Assembly (NCBI GenBank): GCA_049975525.1
Contig: JBNGCW010000006.1
Coordinates: 68,702-132,701, forward strand
Direction: 5' to 3'
DNA from: Anaerolineae bacterium
GTDB lineage: Bacteria > Chloroflexota > Anaerolineae > B4-G1 > SLSP01
DNA: 64,000 nt
The notes under the pieces were generated by a model, which saw only the letters and a list, made by a program, of their open reading frames with translations, was not told the origin of the DNA and made no database searches. Position numbers and translations under genes: made by a program. This document shows, one piece after another, positions 62,543-64,000 of the stretch. Position 1 is the stretch's first letter. Each line of letters starts with the position of its first letter.

Positions 62543-62668
62543 ATGATGAAGCTGATAGCATGCCTGCGTATATTGTCGCTGATCTTTGTCTTTTGGTCAA
62601 GCGTTCCCCGCGGAGCGAGCCCAAGAGATGACGCCGATACGAGCCGATGGGACGGACAATGTCGATAG
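62543..62668 (+). CDS. Candidate small ORF (41 aa: MMKLIACLRILSLIFVFWSSVPRGASPRDDADTSRWDGQCR) with strong SD
   Basis: GAAAGGAGGTAAATGATG is a near-perfect RBS with spacing. The N-terminus is hydrophobic. It lies in the AT-rich intergenic region upstream of the A2M gene. Confidence 0.3.
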   Translation: MMKLIACLRILSLIFVFWSSVPRGASPRDDADTSRWDGQCR

Positions 62669-62869
62669 GACTTGAACCATTCCGGCGGCGTTGTACGCGT
62701 AGGTGAAGATGCCGTGCGGGGTTTGTAGTCACGCGCTTGAGGGCGGTCAATGGCGCTGAAGCGTCTTACTACGAACTGGGCTGGTGCCTTGTCAATCTTA
62801 ACGGATGGACGAAAGTGGCTACCGGTACACCCATCTGTCCATCATATCACGCCTGACGGAACAGTAGTC

Positions 62870-62884
62870 AGGTGCGTCGCACCT
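62870..62884. promoter_or_regulatory. 15-bp perfect palindrome AGGTGCGTCGCACCT
   Basis: Same family as 44370-44384, differing by one central base. Confidence 0.55.
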
Positions 62885-62980
62885 TAACATTGCCCACTAC
62901 GTCCGGCTAATGAAAAGCGATGGCATTAGGAGGTAACAAGGCGCAACGCACCTTTTGAGTACCATATACCACAATTTCGT

Positions 62981-63448
62981 TTACAGCCACTCGCCCAGGA
63001 AGCGCACGTCAGGGTCGGCGCCGGCGAACCGCCGCACCAACGTCTCGTCGGCGGTGACCAGCGGCAGTGATAGGCGCCACGCCAGCGCGACGTAAGCCGC
63101 GTCGTAGGCCGTGCTGCCGTGTTCGAGCGCCAGGGCCAGCGCGTCCGAGGCCAGCGTCGCCGTGGAGACGCTCTGCAGCGGCAACCGACTCAGATCGATG
63201 ACGTCCTGCTGTGCGGCCTCCATCGGATAGTCGAAGTGGCGTACGTACTTCCAGAGGATGTTGCCGCACTCGATGAAGAAAAGATCCGGGACGTAGAAAC
63301 GTGCGGGCGGCGTGTCGCTCAGATGATCAAAGAGCGCGTCGGCGCGCTCTGAGAGCGGCTCGACGAGAAAGAGCTTGATGCCGACGCTGGCGTCGACCAC
63401 GCAGTCGAAGGCGCCGGGTGGCACCGGTGGCGAATCCACCGGCGTCAT
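62981..63448 (-). CDS. vapC: Type II toxin-antitoxin system VapC-family toxin (PIN domain)
   Basis: PIN acidic residues are present in context (CVVDASVGIKLF...; ...TAYDAAYVALA...; LVTADE). Confidence 0.85.
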   Translation of the reverse strand: MTPVDSPPVPPGAFDCVVDASVGIKLFLVEPLSERADALFDHLSDTPPARFYVPDLFFIECGNILWKYVRHFDYPMEAAQQDVIDLSRLPLQSVSTATLASDALALALEHGSTAYDAAYVALAWRLSLPLVTADETLVRRFAGADPDVRFLGEWL

Positions 63449-63690
63449 CGTCCGCGATCTTCCCGTAACAGCGTTGTGCTATCGGGCGCGCCGGTAGCGT
63501 CAGGCGTGAAGAAGCGCCGCTCCCGAATGGATGCCAACGTCGTGTCCGTAGACGCGCGCTCGGCCTCGGTGACGGCCCACTCCAGCAGCGTGATCACCTC
63601 GGCGCTGAGTGAACGGCGCTGCGCGTCAGCCCGCTCCTTCAAGCGGGCGTGCAGTTCCTCGGGCACATTGCGTACGTGTAGAATAGGCAT
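63445..63690 (-). CDS. vapB: VapB-type antitoxin (ribbon-helix-helix/FitA-like)
   Basis: MPILHVRNVPEELHARLKERADAQRRSLSAEVITLLEWAV is an RHH/Arc-like N-terminus. RBS GGAGGTG is upstream. Its stop overlaps the vapC start (ATGA). Confidence 0.8.
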   Translation of the reverse strand: MPILHVRNVPEELHARLKERADAQRRSLSAEVITLLEWAVTEAERASTDTTLASIRERRFFTPDATGAPDSTTLLREDRGR

Positions 63691-63714
63691 ACTCTCACCT
63701 CCACCTTCATTATA

Positions 63715-63747
63715 CGTCTTATGGTTGCACTCTGCAACCATAAGACG
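63715..63747. promoter_or_regulatory. 33-bp palindrome (15-3-15: CGTCTTATGGTTGCA-CTC-TGCAACCATAAGACG); a putative VapB/VapBC operator
   Basis: Perfect inverted repeat 25 bp upstream of the vapB start, read from the sequence. Confidence 0.6.
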
Positions 63748-63842
63748 GCACAACTTGACAACCATGTGATGAAAAGCATCCGACTTGGAGAAAGACAAGG
63801 TCTTGCACACGAAACGAGCCGGCCGCTGGCGGAGGGGATGGA

Positions 63843-64000
63843 TCATCGTTCCATGTGAGCGGTCTCGCCACTTTCTTTGCCCGCGCAGCGATACGTTGCG
63901 CCGGGGAAGACCTTCCGGTACGCTTCCCAGACAGCGCTAAAACTCAAACTCAGGCAGCGCTTGTACTCCTCAGGGATCTTGTTCCACAGGCGACGACAGG
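63843..64000 (-). CDS. 3' end of a minus-strand ORF whose 5' part lies beyond the window edge (unknown function)
   Basis: The reverse-strand frame is open from the window edge to TGA at 63843-63845 and has high GC3 (...AVWEAYRKVFPGATYRCAGKESGETAHMER*). Confidence 0.3.
   Translation of the reverse strand, partial: CRRLWNKIPEEYKRCLSLSFSAVWEAYRKVFPGATYRCAGKESGETAHMER

Noticed and set aside
62523-62750. 75-aa minus-strand ORF in the A2M upstream region
   Set aside because: No RBS. It overlaps the better-supported plus-strand small ORF and the palindromic motifs, and is likely noncoding.
1-64000. Search for tRNA, rRNA, CRISPR arrays, transposases and integrases
   Set aside because: I found no T-loop GGTTCGAATCC-like motifs with cloverleaf context, no rRNA-like stretches and no regularly spaced direct repeats. 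No ORF has DDE or tyrosine-recombinase signatures, so the low-GC island and the queA cassette lack a recognisable mobility gene within this window.

Overview
This is a high-GC (roughly 65-70%) bacterial chromosomal segment. The gene content (many GT-C/GT39-like membrane glycosyltransferases, lipobox lipoproteins, DUF3048, compact operons) is consistent with a Chloroflexota-like organism, but no taxon can be proven from sequence alone. Most of the window is ordinary, high-coding-density chromosome. Plus strand, 0.3-8 kb: a large GT-C-like membrane protein (a partial tandem paralog sits at the window start), DegV, a LOG-family protein, a GH1 beta-glucosidase and QueA. Minus strand, 31.6-40 kb: a LacI-regulated sugar-uptake and glycoside-hydrolase locus (GH130, secreted (alpha/alpha)6+CBM9-like lipoprotein, ABC SBP and two permeases). 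Housekeeping genes: FtsB-like, IMPase, a membrane-fused spermidine-synthase-like protein, CoaX, an amino-acid ABC transporter, PPK1, a roughly 2000-aa thioester-less alpha-2-macroglobulin lipoprotein and a VapBC pair with an operator palindrome. No rRNA, tRNA, CRISPR, transposase or integrase was recognised. The best candidate for a novel system is a composition-atypical island (about 50% GC, 18.6-31.5 kb). It encodes a co-oriented, tightly packed array of five distinct P-loop/STAND-type NTPases: one membrane-anchored, one fused to an OmpR-type winged helix, two AAA_16-like, and one over 1000 aa with TPR repeats. Directly downstream on the same strand are a GNAT acetyltransferase and a radical-SAM/SPASM enzyme with an N-terminal RRE-like extension, closed by an intrinsic terminator. 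A NYN (PIN-like) nuclease gene faces the array divergently. Other notable items: a 160-bp duplication of the queA 3' end that brackets an AT-richer single-gene cassette encoding a secreted clan-CD-like (His-Cys dyad) peptidase; an ECF sigma / zf-HC2 anti-sigma operon whose anti-sigma membrane domain is paralogous to a stand-alone tri-TM protein in the same operon and which contains a GT39-M23 fusion gene; shared palindromic operator-like motifs near a GntR regulator and upstream of the glpD-like and FAD-oxidase genes; and a recurrent 15-bp palindrome family AGGTGCG-N-CGCACCT at two distant intergenic loci.
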